Of a DNA stretch of 64,000 nucleotides, positions 12,201 to 27,200 are shown piece by piece. The position numbers were made by a program, and so were the translations under genes. The stretch comes from Takakia lepidozioides (lineage: Eukaryota > Plantae > Bryophyta), in NCBI GenBank assembly GCA_030704615.1, contig CM060733.1, forward strand, positions 1,116,001-1,180,000. Direction: 5' to 3'. The notes under the pieces are model-generated. The model saw only the letters and a program-made list of their open reading frames with translations, made no database searches and was not told where the DNA came from. Positions within the stretch are counted from its first letter, which is position 1. Every line of letters starts with the position of its first letter.

Positions 12201-15200
12201 AATTTATTTCACAATCAGCCAAGGTCTGCAATACCAAGGAGATAATTTTTGCAGCTTGTCTTTTTGCCCTTCCCCTTCTTAAGGGTAGCAGAAAAACCTG
12301 GTCCCTTAACGGATTCTCTATATGTTTGCTTCTTATCAACTGAAGAGAAATGCCCCTTGTCATGGTAAGCAAATCCTAACAACGGCAAATATTTCTCGCG
12401 TGTGGTCTGTTTGTCAACCCACATAGGCTCGCAACATATCTTCTAGGACTTGGTTCACTTGCTTGGTCTAGCGATCACTTTGTGGATGCTCTCCACTACT
12501 GATGGTCCAATTTGTATCCAAAATTTGAACCATGGCTGTCCAGAAATGACCCGGAAATCTAGGATCCCTATCCGACACTATGGACTTCCAAGGGTTAGGC
12601 AGGGTTGGATCTCTAATAGCTAGTACCAAGGGTTATTCTCAGAGCAAAGGGGGAGTCCTCGGGCGCTGCTTAGCCAGACCATGTTAGTCACTGGGATAGA
12701 GATCCACAGGCCTGAATTTGACATTTTTAGGTTTTGCTGGTTACTCTCGGAAGTAGAGACTAGAAAGTTTAATCCAGCCCAACGATACCCCAACCATGAG
12801 CAACAGTTGTATGTGATCATATATACTCATTTGCCCAAGATAAAAGATGTTGTATTTAGTGGTTCTCGACAGGTTGGCAAAGATGGTACATTTTATTCCT
12901 TCTAAGAAGAAGGTTGGAGCTCGTGAAGTAGCATAGTTGTTTATTCAGGATAGCGTTCGTCTACATGGATTGCCCTTTGCCATCTTGCGACTGTTCACCT
13001 TCCTTTGCTTCGTCATTAGTCTTTTCAGCTTCTACTATTGTCCTATACTATTTCCAGCCTTGCTTGGTCCCTAACCAAGTCTTACTAAATTGGTCCATAT
13101 CACATCCTGGCCATGTTTCGTACGCATGCTGACTGTCCTGTCTCAGAAGCAGAGAGACTAGCAGACAAAGCAAGAGTAAAAGTAGAAAAATTTGCCTTCC
13201 TGAGTTAAGGAATAAGATTGTACTCATAAGACGTTGTTTGCCGTAGCCTTGTGGCCATTGACCCCGCGCCCAGTTTGAGCAGGAACAAAAGGAACAGAAC
13301 CTACCTCTGTCAGGGGCTGACGTTGGTAGTAAGACTTACCTTCATATAAAGAATTAATCCGGGTTTTCCAGATATCCTCTAGAAATCCCTTCACACAAGC
13401 ATCAATCTGCTGTGTGTGATTTGCCCAAAAACTAGGCCTCAGGAGGGGCCTGGACTTTTGGCTCAGCCTCGAGACTTTCAAAGTTGGTAAACAGGGGTAC
13501 AGGCACAGTTAAGGAATAAGAGTTGATCACAATGCATCATACTATTTTTAAAAATGCCAATAGTAATTGGAGAAGAGTTCCAACAAGAATTTGGAGGAGC
13601 AGGACCCACCGTGACTATGAGCTTCGGCATGAGGTCAGTGAGTTCTGCTTGCATGACTGCCACTTGCTGGGAGCTTGATGCCAGCTTCTCCAGTCCTACC
13701 TCATACCTCCTCTTCTGCCGGAGGTTCTCTTCCCTCTTTGCAACCAAAAGCGTCTGCACAATGCATCTTGGATCTTTATAACACAAGTAATAATCATACA
13801 CTGTATATGGGTTCATCTGTGAATCCTCATTCCCCACTCCAAACCGAATTAGCAGCTAACCTGTGATTTGGACTAACTAAACTGTGAGCTCCTCTGGGCA
13901 ATAGAGCCCTACCAATTACCAGCACCCTTCTGACATGATTCCAGCATATCGACCATGTTTGTGACCTACTTGTGATGGTTAGAGCTCGAGTGTAATGAAA
14001 TAACCACTGAGTACCACCAACCTTGTGGTCAAGGGCTGCCGATGGTTTGGCCTACAACATCCACTAATAAACAGGAAAGACCTGGCCTTGTTATAGACAC
14101 TTGTCTCTCCTGCAACTGTCAGCTCAAATTTGCCTCTTCCTATCTGGCCCCTTTCACTTGGTTTCTCCATCGGCCCAGATATCTGCAGGTTAAGGGGAAC
14201 ACCCAGGTGCTGCCCTGTCTGAGGATTCAATATTTCAGTTGCTGCCTTATCTTAGCTAGTCCAGCATTTCCTCCAAACATTAATCTACACAGACAGCCCC
14301 CACAGCAGTGTCAAATAAGAAGGGATGTTAGAAAATATGCTAAATATTCACCTGAAAGCTGGAGATCAACTCGAGGAAGGATGTGGGTGTAAGATAATTG
14401 AAGCGGCCCAATTGTTCCTTGAACTTCAGAGAATATACCCTTACTGATTCATGAAAAGTCTGCACCATGACATCCACCTCATTGGTTCAGTCTCATTTAG
14501 AATGGAGCTACTTACAGTTTAAAACTTGTTCACTCCGAATTGTGCTTAGGCACCCAGAGCATCCCATCTTCCATAAGGTCTGGACACAATAAATTCCACA
14601 TGTATTGTGATATGAGATGTGAATTCTTTCTGAGCTATATTACCCATCCATATGTCAGCTCATGTTTCTTCTGGGTGGTGGGTCAGATCGAGGGTTCAAG
14701 GCCTGCATACCTTGCATATCAGTACGATGCTGTTGCGGATGTTGTCCTCCAGGTCCATTGTTCTCAAAAACTTATTGGCCACCGCCTCCAGTGCATCTAT
14801 AGGCCATTCCTGTAGTCCAAGTCCACATGTAAATGTACATCTTGCTGAACAAGTGCCTCTCATGTCACACGAATAGAATGTACTCATAAGATATTGTTTG
14901 CCGTAGCCTTGTGGCCACTGACCCCGCGCCCAGTTTGAGCGAACACAAAGGGACAGAAACTACCTTTGTCAGGGCTGATGCCGGTGTCACATGAATAGAC
15001 ATGAACCGTTAGTATACATCAGCCCCACCTTCCCCCTACTTGTGTAGGAAGGTGGGAATGTAATCATTGGACTTATTTGTCAAGGCGCAGCTTGAATGCA
15101 GGCTATCGTACAGAAAATAAGGTAAAAAAGTATATACTCTTTGACAATGTGCCTGTGCCCACCAAAATAAACCTGCAGGACTCTAGGCAAGCTTTTGCTC

Positions 15201-18200
15201 ATCAATCATATGAGAATCATATGCATCGTCTTCCTCATAAACATAAAGCCATCCAGTCAAGTGTTGTACCTGAAACCAATCTATAGTGCAACAATTGACC
15301 AGAGAAGGGAACTGGCGGAGCCGGTCTTTGAAAGCTTGCCCCACGGGACTCATTGCAAATATGATGTGCAGATTTGCCTTACACTTGTCCACAAAGTACT
15401 TCCAGACATCCGGCATTGTCTCTAGGATTTTCCCTTCCTTGGCAGCTTTATCCCTCGCTGCTTCCACAATCTGGGCCTTTTCGTCGTTTGGATACATGTT
15501 TGGCACCTATGCACAGTGATAGTCAGAGTCTCTGTCACAAGCACTGTGCCTGAACAGAGTTTTCAATAGTGGCTTGTTAGGGCCATTAACATAAGAAAAT
15601 AGGATCTGATAGATGTCATCTCAAAATACTTATTGGGTTTTACATGAACTGTGCAATCTAGTGAAACCGATAGATGGGGTGCCCTATCAGGAAGAAACAA
15701 TACGTGGAGGACGTCCCTGATAACACCATGCATTCAGATCCTTCTACACTCAAGACCACTTTAGAATGAGAGGACGGTGTATGTACCTCAATCTTCTTTG
15801 CAGTCTATAACAACTAATTCAGTGCAACGAGAAACATGATTAATCCTCGTGTTCATGACAATGTGAACATGGTGGCAATGGATCACTATACAAACAACTT
15901 TTCTTATTAGGAGCTTGTGGCTTTGTCAATGCTTACCTCACCAGAATTGAGAAGGTTGTTGATATCCTCAACAAACCCTTCATCAGTAATTTGAGTGTCG
16001 CTGAACAAGAACACACCGGGTACAGCGGGCTCTGCACCTGACTTTTTACACATCATCATCAAATCGTCTCGCCATTCGATTTTGGTGTAGCTCTTACTTA
16101 TTTCCACCTGCCAAAATGTTAAAAATTATTCATGAATATTGTTTAACATGCGACATGAATATGGAAATTATAAGGTTCCTTTAAAGAAAGATCTCTTCAA
16201 GAGGACACACTTTTGGCGTTGTTTACCCTTCCACATGTCCTACATTGCATGGACCACCAACAACCAGTTCTGACAACTATGCACCCTGATATTGACAAAA
16301 AGATACCTCATAAAACATTGTGTCATAACTCCCCCATTGTGTTCAACCAACTGTCTGTTTCTCTCATGTCTCAATGTCTATTTCCCTTGGGGCATAAAGT
16401 TTCTTTCTTACTTTTTTCCTTCTTGCCTTGTGTCTGTAGTGTGCCTTTTAGACCTCCTGCAGCCATAATGAGTTTCTTCCCTTCTTTCCTACTCAATTTT
16501 TGGCCTGTGCTTGTTGGGGGCCCCACTGTCTTAAATACTTCTTTCTTTAGTCCCATAAGCTCTTTCAGCTTCCTGTGGAGGTCACAAGTTTCTATCTTTC
16601 CCTTGAGCTTTAGTTGCTTTTGGGCTGTTCGTGGCCCTCTCTCTTTGTTTCTTTCTTCCTCTTTTGTCGCGTTATTAGACCTGCCTTGGAGTACGGATCT
16701 GCTATATGGGTTGATAACTCCAACCAGGCTAAGTCTCTAGAATCCATTCAAGTGGGGGTGCTTAAGGAGTGTATGTCAGCATGCTCCAAAACAGCCAATG
16801 TGGCTGTTCGGGGTGAGTTTGGCATTCCATCCTTAAGCTCCCGACGAGATGAATTCAAGGTCAGATGGTGGGGTCAGCTGCAACATATGCCCAACACCAG
16901 ATATCCTAAATTAATCGACTCTATATCTTGGAAACAGGACCGCCCTGTCAAACAGGCTAAGTCCTGGCAGAAGAGAGTAGAAGAGATCCTCAAGGACCTG
17001 GACCTGGATCCGCAAGTCTTGACCCTGCTGGATAAATCTGACTTAGAGGCTGTAGTGTCCTCAGCCATGTCTGTTGCCATGAGATTGTCTGATGAAAATG
17101 AAGTTAGGCAGAAAACTTCCCTGAACTTGTTTCCAGTCTGTGACATGGGGGAGGACATCTTGGATGACCTCAAGGGTCTACCCACTCTCGGCACTATTGA
17201 AATTTAAACTCAGGGCAGGAAGCCTACCTTTGAACAGCAAACAGAAGCAGAGAGGAAAGGGAGAGTGCAATTGCCCGTTGTGTGGGCAATCTGAAGACAG
17301 TATTCATTTTCTGATACACTGTCCGGGGTTCTCTCACCAAAGAGACGCTCTCTTCAAATCTATTAAGGGAATTGTGCCTGTACCCCTGTTTACCAACTTT
17401 GAAAGTCTCGAGGCTGAGCCAAAAGCCCAGGCCCTCCTGAGGCCTAGTTTTTGGGCAAATCACACACAGCAGATTGATGCTTGTGTGAAGGGATTTCTAG
17501 AGGATATCTGGAAAACCCGGATTAATTCTTTATATGGAGGTAAGTCTTACTACCAACATCAGCCCCTGACAGAGGTAGGTTCTGTCCCTTTTGTTCCCGC
17601 TCAAACTGGGCGCGGGGTCAATGGCCACAAGGCTACGGCAAACAACGTCTTATGAGTACAATCTTTCTTCCTCTTCCTCTTGTTTCCTCTCTCATGTTTT
17701 TTCCATTTTGTCCCATAAGCTCTTTGAGCTTTCCGCGGACGTTATGAAGTACCATTTCATTTCCACATCCCATAAGCTCCTTGAGATTCCCACGGACATT
17801 ATAAAGTACCATTTCATTTCATTTCATTTCATTTCTTTCTTGAGCAGGCAGCCCAGTGGTTGGCTGTTTGTGCCTTGCCTGTGCATAATCAGGGTGATCC
17901 TGGGTTCAATCCTTCAACCATCCATTTGGCCCTCGGAGGCCTGTGCAAAGAGCAGTAGGCTCTGTAAATCCACTGAACGTCAAAAGTGATTAAGGCTATT
18001 GTAGTGTCAGCTCCATTTCTAGGAGGACTCCAACAGGGAGGGGTTGTTTGGGGTTTGATTTCCTCCCTGTTTCCAGTCTGTGACATGGGGGAGGATATCA
18101 TGGATGACCTCAAGGGTCTACCCACTCTCAGCACCAGACTGAAATTTAAACTCAGGGCAGGAAGCCTACCTTTGAACAGTAAACAGAAGCAGAGAGGAAA

Positions 18201-21200
18201 GGGAGAGTGTAATTGCCCGTTGTGTGGGCAACCCAAAGACAATATTTATTTTCTGATTCACTGTCCGGGGTACTCTCACCAGAGAGACGCTCTCCTCCAA
18301 CCTATCAAGAGAATTGTGCCTGTACCTCTGTTTACCAACTTTGAAAGTCTCGAGGCTGAGCCAAAAGCCCAAGCCCTTCTGAGGCCTAGTTTTTGGGCAA
18401 ATCACACACAGCAGATTGATGCTTGTGTAAAGGGATTTCTAGAGGATATCTGGAAAACCTGGATCAATTCTATGTATAAAGGTAAGTCTTACTACCAATG
18501 TCAGCCCCTGACAGAGGTGGGTTCTGTCCCTTTGGTTTCCGCTCAAACTGGGCGCGGGGTCAATGGCCACAAGGCTACGGCAAACAACGTCTTATGAGTA
18601 CATTCTGTTTGGGGTTTGTAGAACAGTGCATTGTTTATGTCACTCCACTGGACGTAATAAACATCTTCATTGCTTCCTTTCTTTTTCCGCCTTTTCTGTG
18701 TATAGGGACAAGGCAGTTTTAGGTGCATCAGGAGCCCCTCTTCATTTGGCTGTCCTCTCTAAACCCAAATAACAAAAACCAATAAGGAAACTCCATTACA
18801 ACCCAAAAGCTAGGTACTGAGGCCCCAAGGACACCCTACTGGGTCTGCAACAAACCACCCACATGCCAGCCAAGACAAAAGGGTCTCAACCTCCCTTGTT
18901 TTAAGCCAATATACTCATAAATCTGTGAAGATTTTCTAGTCAGACCAACAAACTACACGTTGAGCATGAAACAGGGCAGCTTAAGGACAAGGTATAAGCT
19001 CCTACCTGATAAACCTCCATTGAATAGATGGATGCAGAAAGGCGGGTCAAGCTCTGCCGTCCACTCCCTCCCACCCCGACAAGCAACATGTGGCCCCCGG
19101 GTTGCTTCAGAATGCGACAAATCCGAGAGACATGCTCAACAGCAAATAGGAAGATGGCCAGATTCATAGGACGCTTGCTGACGCCATTGAAGTCATTCAA
19201 ATAGGCCTCTACTTGTTTTAACAGTGATGGCACATCCGTCACCTCATCATAAAGGCGGTCATCAGGGTCCTCAATTGTGTAGTCTCCGAAAAAACAGCTG
19301 CAAGAATGCCATGAGTTAGTAGCCACCATCATGTCAATTTCAAAGTGAGTTCTGTTAGGGTTTTTTATTGACAGCTAGGGATGGTTGCACCAGAAGGTTC
19401 CACCACAAGGGTGTACCAGGAGGTTCCAGAGAACCTGTGTAGGATTTAAGGGAAAGGCTGAGGCATGCCCAGCACTTCTTCTAGCATGTAGGTTGATGTG
19501 CTCTCCTAGTAGATTGCAGAGAGGAGAAGTCCAGCATCTACTGTCAACTCTGTAAGCTTTCTTTTGTAGTAGGGAGCAAGGACTCCAGTTTTTGTTGCTC
19601 TATGTGAGCTGCCCAGCCAACAGGGCCAGGGTTTTAGGCTCAGCCTTGAGACTTTGGAAGTTGGTGCACAAAGGTGCAAGGACTCTGTTCTTGATGGTCC
19701 TGAAGAGGGTCGCTCTCTGATGAGAATACCCATTGTAGCACAAGAACACCCCAAAGGCTGCTGTAGTAGAGGACATCCCAAGCATCCAGGGGCTCCTGCT
19801 GCTTCTCATTGCCATCCATTGGGGCCTCGTCCGGGTTTCATCCCATGGAAGAGAGGGGTTTTCAATTTGAATTGAATGAGGGTTCTAGTTCTTTGTGTTG
19901 TCACTGATGTGTCTCAATTCCAGCACTGCTTAGCTCTTTTTCTGTTTCACGTGTTTGTTTTTCCCTTCAGATGCAGGTGAATCTCCCACAGAAGTCTTCC
20001 ATCAGCAGTTAGAGAAACCTGAGTAGTCTTTCGACCAAGCTATTGTCTGACACTCATTTCTGCCTGGGACTCTTGATTGGGCTCTCAGCCATCCTCGACT
20101 AACATGCTCAGTACAAGTGATGGTGTTTCTCCAGGCCTTGATCTAAGCACACCTCCAATTCTGTCTCTATCATTCCAACCACCACTTCCTGGTTTGGACT
20201 GAGATCAAAAGGTGTTTTCCCACCACCAAGAGATCTGTGAAACGTTCGATTCGGAAGTGGCGCATAGAAAAATTCCACAATGAGGAGGTCAAGGCTGAGT
20301 ACGTCCAGGCCTTGCAAGAGGCTCTCCCTCATTTTGTCCAATCGCTCCAAGAACTTCAGTCACACTCTGTTAACGCAAGAAATGAAGTCGAAAGAGCAGT
20401 GGACTCTTGGGAGAGTTTCGTTTCCTCCGTGGCTGACAAGATCATTGGGAGGAAACTAATTGTCTGCGGTAGAGCAGTTAATTGGTGGACTAATGAGATT
20501 AAACTCAAGATAGCTGAGAGACGAGCCCTCTATAAAGAGTGCTGCAATTTGGAAACCAACAGAGAATTGTGGGCGAGGTACTACCAGCTCCGTAAAGATA
20601 TCAATCAGCTTGTTAGGTCTCAGAAGAAATTATACTGGGACAAGTTATACAGTGAAATAAACTCAAACCACCATGGTGGTAATGACAAGAAATTCTGGTT
20701 GGCCCTTCAACGTTTGTACAAACCGAAAAACGGTCAGCAAGTACAAGCGCTGAAGACTACTAAAGGTGCAGTGGTGACTTCATCGGTTGACATTGTCAAA
20801 ACCTTTGAAACTCACTACAGTATCCTTGGCAGAACTTCTAGGTCTAACAGTGAGGGGTCTTCTGCTGAATGGAGGGACACAGTTGGAAAAACTGTTCCTA
20901 TGATTCAAAACAGCCCTGATGAACTGGAGTATATTTCAATGGCTTATAATGCTCACATTAGTTCTTCTGAGATTGTGGAAGCAATTGAACATTTAAATGG
21001 ATATAAAGCTGGTGGACCTGATGGTATTGTCAACGAGCTTATCAAGCACGGTGGCGATCCCATGATAGAGGCCCTAGTTCTCCTCTTTAACCTTATCTGG
21101 AAGACTGAAATGATCCCCTTTCGCTGGCGACAGGGGGTCATTGTCAATCTATACAAGAAGGGTGACAGAGAAGAACCGGGGAACTACCGTGGCATCACGC

Positions 21201-24200
21201 TCCTCAATGCTGTTGGCAAGACATTCTGCAGAGTTATAAGTACTCGTCTCGAGGTTGATCTGGAGTCCAGAGGTTGTTTCCACGAAGGCCAAGCTGGCTT
21301 TCGGCGAAACAGGGGCTGTGTGGATCATATCTTCACTCTAAGCCAGATTATCCAGGGAAGGAAAAAAGAAGGGAAACCCACTTATGTCTTTTTCCTGGAT
21401 GTCAAAAAGGCTTATGACACAGTGTGGAGGGATGGCCTATGGTTCCGCCTCTGGTCTTGTGGGATCAAGGGAAAGATGTGGAGAGTTGTCCACAACTTGT
21501 ATGCTCACACCAAAAGCTGTGTCACTGTTAACGGACAGAAGTCCAACTTCTTTGACATAGACCAAGGTGTAGCTCAAGGATGTACTCTCTCCCCTCTGCT
21601 CTTCAATGTTTTCATCAATCAACTCCTCGAGGATGTGGAAAGTGAGGGATTTGGGTTAAGGGTGGGTGATACCACCATACCAGCCCTTATGTTTGCGGAT
21701 GACTTCGCAGGCATAGGGGAGACTCCAACCAATCTCCAGGAGTTGATTGATTGCGTGAAGAGATACTTTGATCTTTGGGGGCTAGAGGCTAATGTCAGCA
21801 AATGTGCAGTGGTAGCATTCAACGACAGAGGAGAGGGAGGAAGTGATCTTAAGTGGCAGTGGGGTAGCCAAGAGATCCCGGTCCTCCCTTCCTACACTTA
21901 CCTGGGCGTTGAGTTCTACTCCAATTGTAATTGGGATGCACATATCCGGAAAGTTGTTCAAACTGGCAAGGGCAAAGCTCTGGGGCTCACTAAATTTTTC
22001 CACTGCAGAGGGGTCAACTCTGAGGTTAAGAAAACGATGCTTCGTCGCGTTATTAGACCTGCCTTGGAGTACGGATCTGCTATATGGGTTGATAACTCCA
22101 ACCAGGCTAAGTCTCTAGAATCCATTCAAGTGGGGGTGCTTAAGGAGTGTATGTCAGCATGCTCCAAAACAGCCAATGTGGCTGTTCGGGGTGAGTTTGG
22201 CATTCCGTCCTTAAGCTCCCGACGAGATGAATTCAAGGTCAGATGGTGGGGTCAGCTGCAACATATGCCCAACACCAGATATCCTAAATTAATCGACTCT
22301 ATATCTTGGAAACAGGACCGCCCTGTCAAACAGGCTAAGTCCTGGCAGAAGAGAGTAGAAGAGATCCTCAAGGACCTGGACCTGGATCCGCAAGTCTTGA
22401 CCCTGCTGGATAAATCTGACTTAGAGGCTGTAGTGTCCTCAGCCATGTCTGTTGCCATGAGATTGTCTGATGAAAATGAAGTTAGGCAGAAAACTTCCCT
22501 GAACTTGTTTCCAGTCTGTGACATGGGGGAGGACATCTTGGATGACCTCAAGGGTCTACCCACTCTCGGCACTAGACTGAAATTTAAACTCAGGGCAGGA
22601 AGCCTACCTTTGAACAGCAAACAGAAGCAGAGAGGAAAGGGAGAGTGCAATTGCCCGTTGTGTGGGCAATCTGAAGACAGTATTCATTTTCTGATACACT
22701 GTCCGGGGTTCTCTCACCAAAGAGACGCTCTCTTCAAATCTATTAAGGGAATTGTGCCTGTACCCCTGTTTACCAACTTTGAAAGTCTCGAGGCTGAGCC
22801 AAAAGCCCAGGCCCTCCTGAGGCCTAGTTTTTGGGCAAATCACACACAGCAGATTGATGCTTGTGTGAAGGGATTTCTAGAGGATATCTGGAAAACCCGG
22901 ATTAATTCTTTATATGGAGGTAAGTCTTACTACCAACGTCAGCCCCTGACAGAGGTAGGTTCTGTCCCTTTTGTTCCCGCTCAAACTGGGCGCGGGGTCA
23001 ATGGCCACAAGGCTACGGCAAACAACGTCTTATGAGTACAATCTATCATTCCAACCTGGCGGAAGAGGGTAGAAGAGATTCTCAAGGAACTGAATCTTAG
23101 TCTGCATGTCTTGACCCTGCTGGATACATCTGACTTAGAGGCTCCAAAGCCATGTCTGTTGCCAGGAAATTGTCTGATGAAAATGAAATTAGGCAGAAAA
23201 CATCCCTGAATTTGTTTCCAGTCTGTGACATGGGGGAGGCCATCATGGATGACCTCAAGGGTTTACCCACTCTTGGCACTAGACTGAAATTTAAACTCAG
23301 CACGGGAAGCCTACCTTTGGACAGCAAACAGATGCAGAGAGGAAAGGGGGATTGCAAATGCCCGTTGTGTGGGCAGCCTGAAGACAATATTCATTTTCTG
23401 ATTCATTGTCCTGGGTACTCTCACCAGAGAGACGCCCTCTTCAAATCCATCAAGGGATTTGAGCCTGTACCTCTGTTAACCAAATTTGAAAATCTCGAGG
23501 AAGAGCCAAAAGCCCAGGCCCTTTGGGGCCTAGTTACTGGGCAAATAACACACAGCAGATTGATGCTTGTGTGCAGGGATTTCTAGAGGATATCTGGAAA
23601 ACTTGGATCAATTGTCTGTTCCAAGGTCTTATGAGTACATTCTATCGTTCCAACCCCCAATTTTTGCACAGCTCATTTGTACATAACAACTACTCCTATT
23701 TATTGAACTTGAGTATGAGAAGAGACCAGTACCTTCGTAACTCGAACTGTCCAATCTTCTTTACCCCTTCTCCTAAAAGAGCCTCAAACAGCTTGTCAAA
23801 ATCATGGTTGAAGTGCTTCTTTGTCATGATGCGAAGATATTCAATCAGCCAATCACGATCATGGTCATCCACCAAACGGTCATAAAATACACGGAGAACT
23901 TCATGGGCCCAGAGCCGAATATTCTGCTTTTCCGCAGGTTTTCCAAGAGGGACTGTTTCCGCATGTTGCAGCATCATTCCCTGTTATTTCAGCAGTACAA
24001 ACAATTTCTTGAACTGGTCTGATTGTTCGTCTTCAGTGCTCGACACTTTCCAGATCAGAAATGTGTGATCTCACATGGCTTTCCTACACCCTACTCCCTT
24101 TGATTGGTCTCTTGTACTTTGTTTGACAGCTAAAGCTGAGTGCGATTCCCACTTTTAAGGAAACTATAGTACAAAGAAACTGAAGGTGGATTGAAGTACA

Positions 24201-27200
24201 AACGAGAGCTCTTAAGCTATAGGATCGTCACACACCTGTATAACACGGGCATAGTCACGCAAGTTGAATGTATAGTGAGACTTGGTGGGAGTTGGAAGAA
24301 GTTTATTTTTAGCCTCATTGAACACTTCCAATGTAGACTGAATGATAGGATTCAGCAGGAGCTGCACTTCCTTGGGGAATTCATGCTTGATAGTTACATG
24401 CCAGTTCAGAATGGTTGAGAAAATAAGATGCAATGAATCCTCCCCCACCTGTACCAAGCCACCTATGCTCCAATCACCGATCCAAGAAGCGAGGAAGTGA
24501 AAGGCTACTGGGCTCAAAAAATGAAATGAAATGAAATGGTGCTTTATAACGTCCGCGGAAAGCTCATAGAGCTTATGGGACAAATGGAAGGAAGAACATG
24601 AGAGAAAATAGGAAAACCAGAGTCAGAGAAAAGAACTATTCGAGTGATTGTCTAAGGGTGAATGCTTCGTGCAGGTAGGCTGCCAAACATTTCTGATCCT
24701 CATAGTGGAAGACTTCAGTGAGAGATTGGGTTCCACGGAATAGACAATGGAATCTCCCACGGATCTCATAGTATAGGGGGCAATAGAAGAAGAAGTTGGG
24801 CACTCACCAAGCCCGAACTACAATGTCCACACTAGAGAGAAGAAAGACTAAAAGAAAAGAGTTCTGAACATCCACCAAGGGGAGGGGGGGGGGAGGGAAA
24901 GACATGGGCCAAGAAAGAGAGGACCTGAGCCACACCAACTTGATTGAAGTGCCGGAGATACCGATTGGTCACCAAGTTTCGGCCTCCTCCAGGTGGGCCC
25001 ATGGCAGACACAAACAGACAATCAACAAGATTGCGGAAATCATTATCTCTTCCATACCACCCGCCAAAATCCATGAACTGTCGCAACAGCTCTATTGGCG
25101 GTTGCGCTCCATAGACTTCAGGCTGCAAGAAACAAACATCAAACCATTAAAATCTGCCCTGGCACCATGCTCTGCAGTTCATTTGGTTTAACCGATAGGA
25201 TGATAACCAAAAGATTTGAATTGTGTGACATGAAGCTTTTGCACATTGGCGCATTTGACACCTTTGAAATAGACAGTGACAAAAGAGTATTAATCAACAA
25301 TGAGACTGGGAGAAAACCAGAAGAAATATATTGGACTTTCCTTCTTTTTGCAATATTAGGAACTGCAATTCACTGCAAACCTCCACCTAGACCCCAATTG
25401 CTAAGTCAATTCAGCGGAACACTTGAAGGGAGCTTTCAGGGAAACTTAGTGCAGCGTTATACCATCTGCGACTCACGTTCCAAGGACAAATTTACACACT
25501 ATCAAAGGAAGAAGAAAACTACTCAAACCCCCAACAGCTAGATCTATTTACTGATTAAGATATATACCTGTGGCATGTTGAGATCATCTATGAAGATAAT
25601 ACATTTCTTTCCCAGCACTGGGCCATAATATCCTCTTTTTCTTCGGTCGAGTGAATTATCAATCTGATTCTGCACCATATTAGCCGAAGTTCGAGCGGAC
25701 AGGACAACAAGCAAGGTTGTGAAATACTCACGTGAAAGTCCTTTAAGTAGGTGGCGATTCATGTAGATTGTCTTCCCCGTGCCTGTCCCCCCGACCATCA
25801 GTAGGGGGCTCCCATATAGGATGGCTTTGTCAAGCAAAAAAGTGTACCTCATTTGGTCCTTAGTTGGTATGATAATCTGATCAAAGGAGGCATCCTCAGG
25901 GATTTCTACAGGGATAATGGTGTCAGTCCAAAGCTTCCATTTGCAGGAGGGTTTATCGAACATGTAGTCATATATGTCATATGCCCCTTCATTATCAGGC
26001 ATCATGTCACACTTGAGTGTATCATGAACCGCAGGGACCACTAGATCAAAGCCCTCAGGGATGATCCCAACCACCATATTGCGTAAAAAGAGGTTGAATA
26101 CAACCCGACCATCAATATCTCCAGTTGACCCAATTGACCAGATGAGAGAGAAGAGAAATAAAGAGTCAATCCATTTGACAATACGCTCATTTCCAACGTT
26201 TTTTGCACCCTCCTCTGTCTTAATCTCATCAATCAAACTGTAGAATGTCCGCATCAGGCACATTACCAAGGGGGCATCTGAGGTGGGGGAGATCTCTTTC
26301 ACGCTTTTGCGAACACAACGCAGGCTTCCGCCCACCATCCAATCAAAAAGGGCTTGAAGATGCTTCTTATTGTCGCCTGCAATAGTGGGTGGCAGGGTGT
26401 TCATCCATGACGTAGTTAGGGGCTGCCAACCCATTTGATGGGGCTCCAAATACACCATGCCACATCGACTGACAGTAGCTGGTGATGCGACTGCAAGATC
26501 ACCCACCTATTGACACTTCCTTTAGGTTAGGTGAGAGTTTACAAAATGTAGAACCCTGTGTTAGCATGTCCTCTTGGTATGATATGGTATTTTGCAACAA
26601 GATGATTTGGGAATTTGCAATAGAACAACAATAAAGATATAAGGGCAGCCCCATGCAAGGACCTAAATCTGGCATATAATTTTACCATCTGAGCATAGTG
26701 CTCTACTGATTGACAAATACTTCTTCCCTTGAAACCATCTCACCTCAAAGATCATGTTCATTGATGATGACATTTGAATGATCTCACTGTTGGGAAGGCA
26801 AAGCTTTTTGTTGTCATCCAGCACTGTGTTCATGTTCTCAATCCAAATGGCATCCACAGGGCCATCAAGTATTATCCATTTCCGGTCATTTGTAGGTTCA
26901 GAAGCCTGCTCTCGAAATCTGACAGCCAGGACTCCATCTTGCCACTCCTGAGTAACAGCATCTGCTTGCCCATATAGCTGCCCCATAGTCACTGATTTAG
27001 GATTCACAGTAGAGATCTGCATAGGTAACACAAGCAATTTCACATGGATCAGATTTTGGAAATGTTAATCTTTTCTCTCTTCTCTCTCTCCATTAATCTC
27101 CCTTCCTAACCCTCCCTTCCTTGCATAGGGCGCAGCAAGGAAATTGAAACTGAAGAACACTTCTTCTTCTACTGCCCTCTATACTACGAGATCCGTGGGA

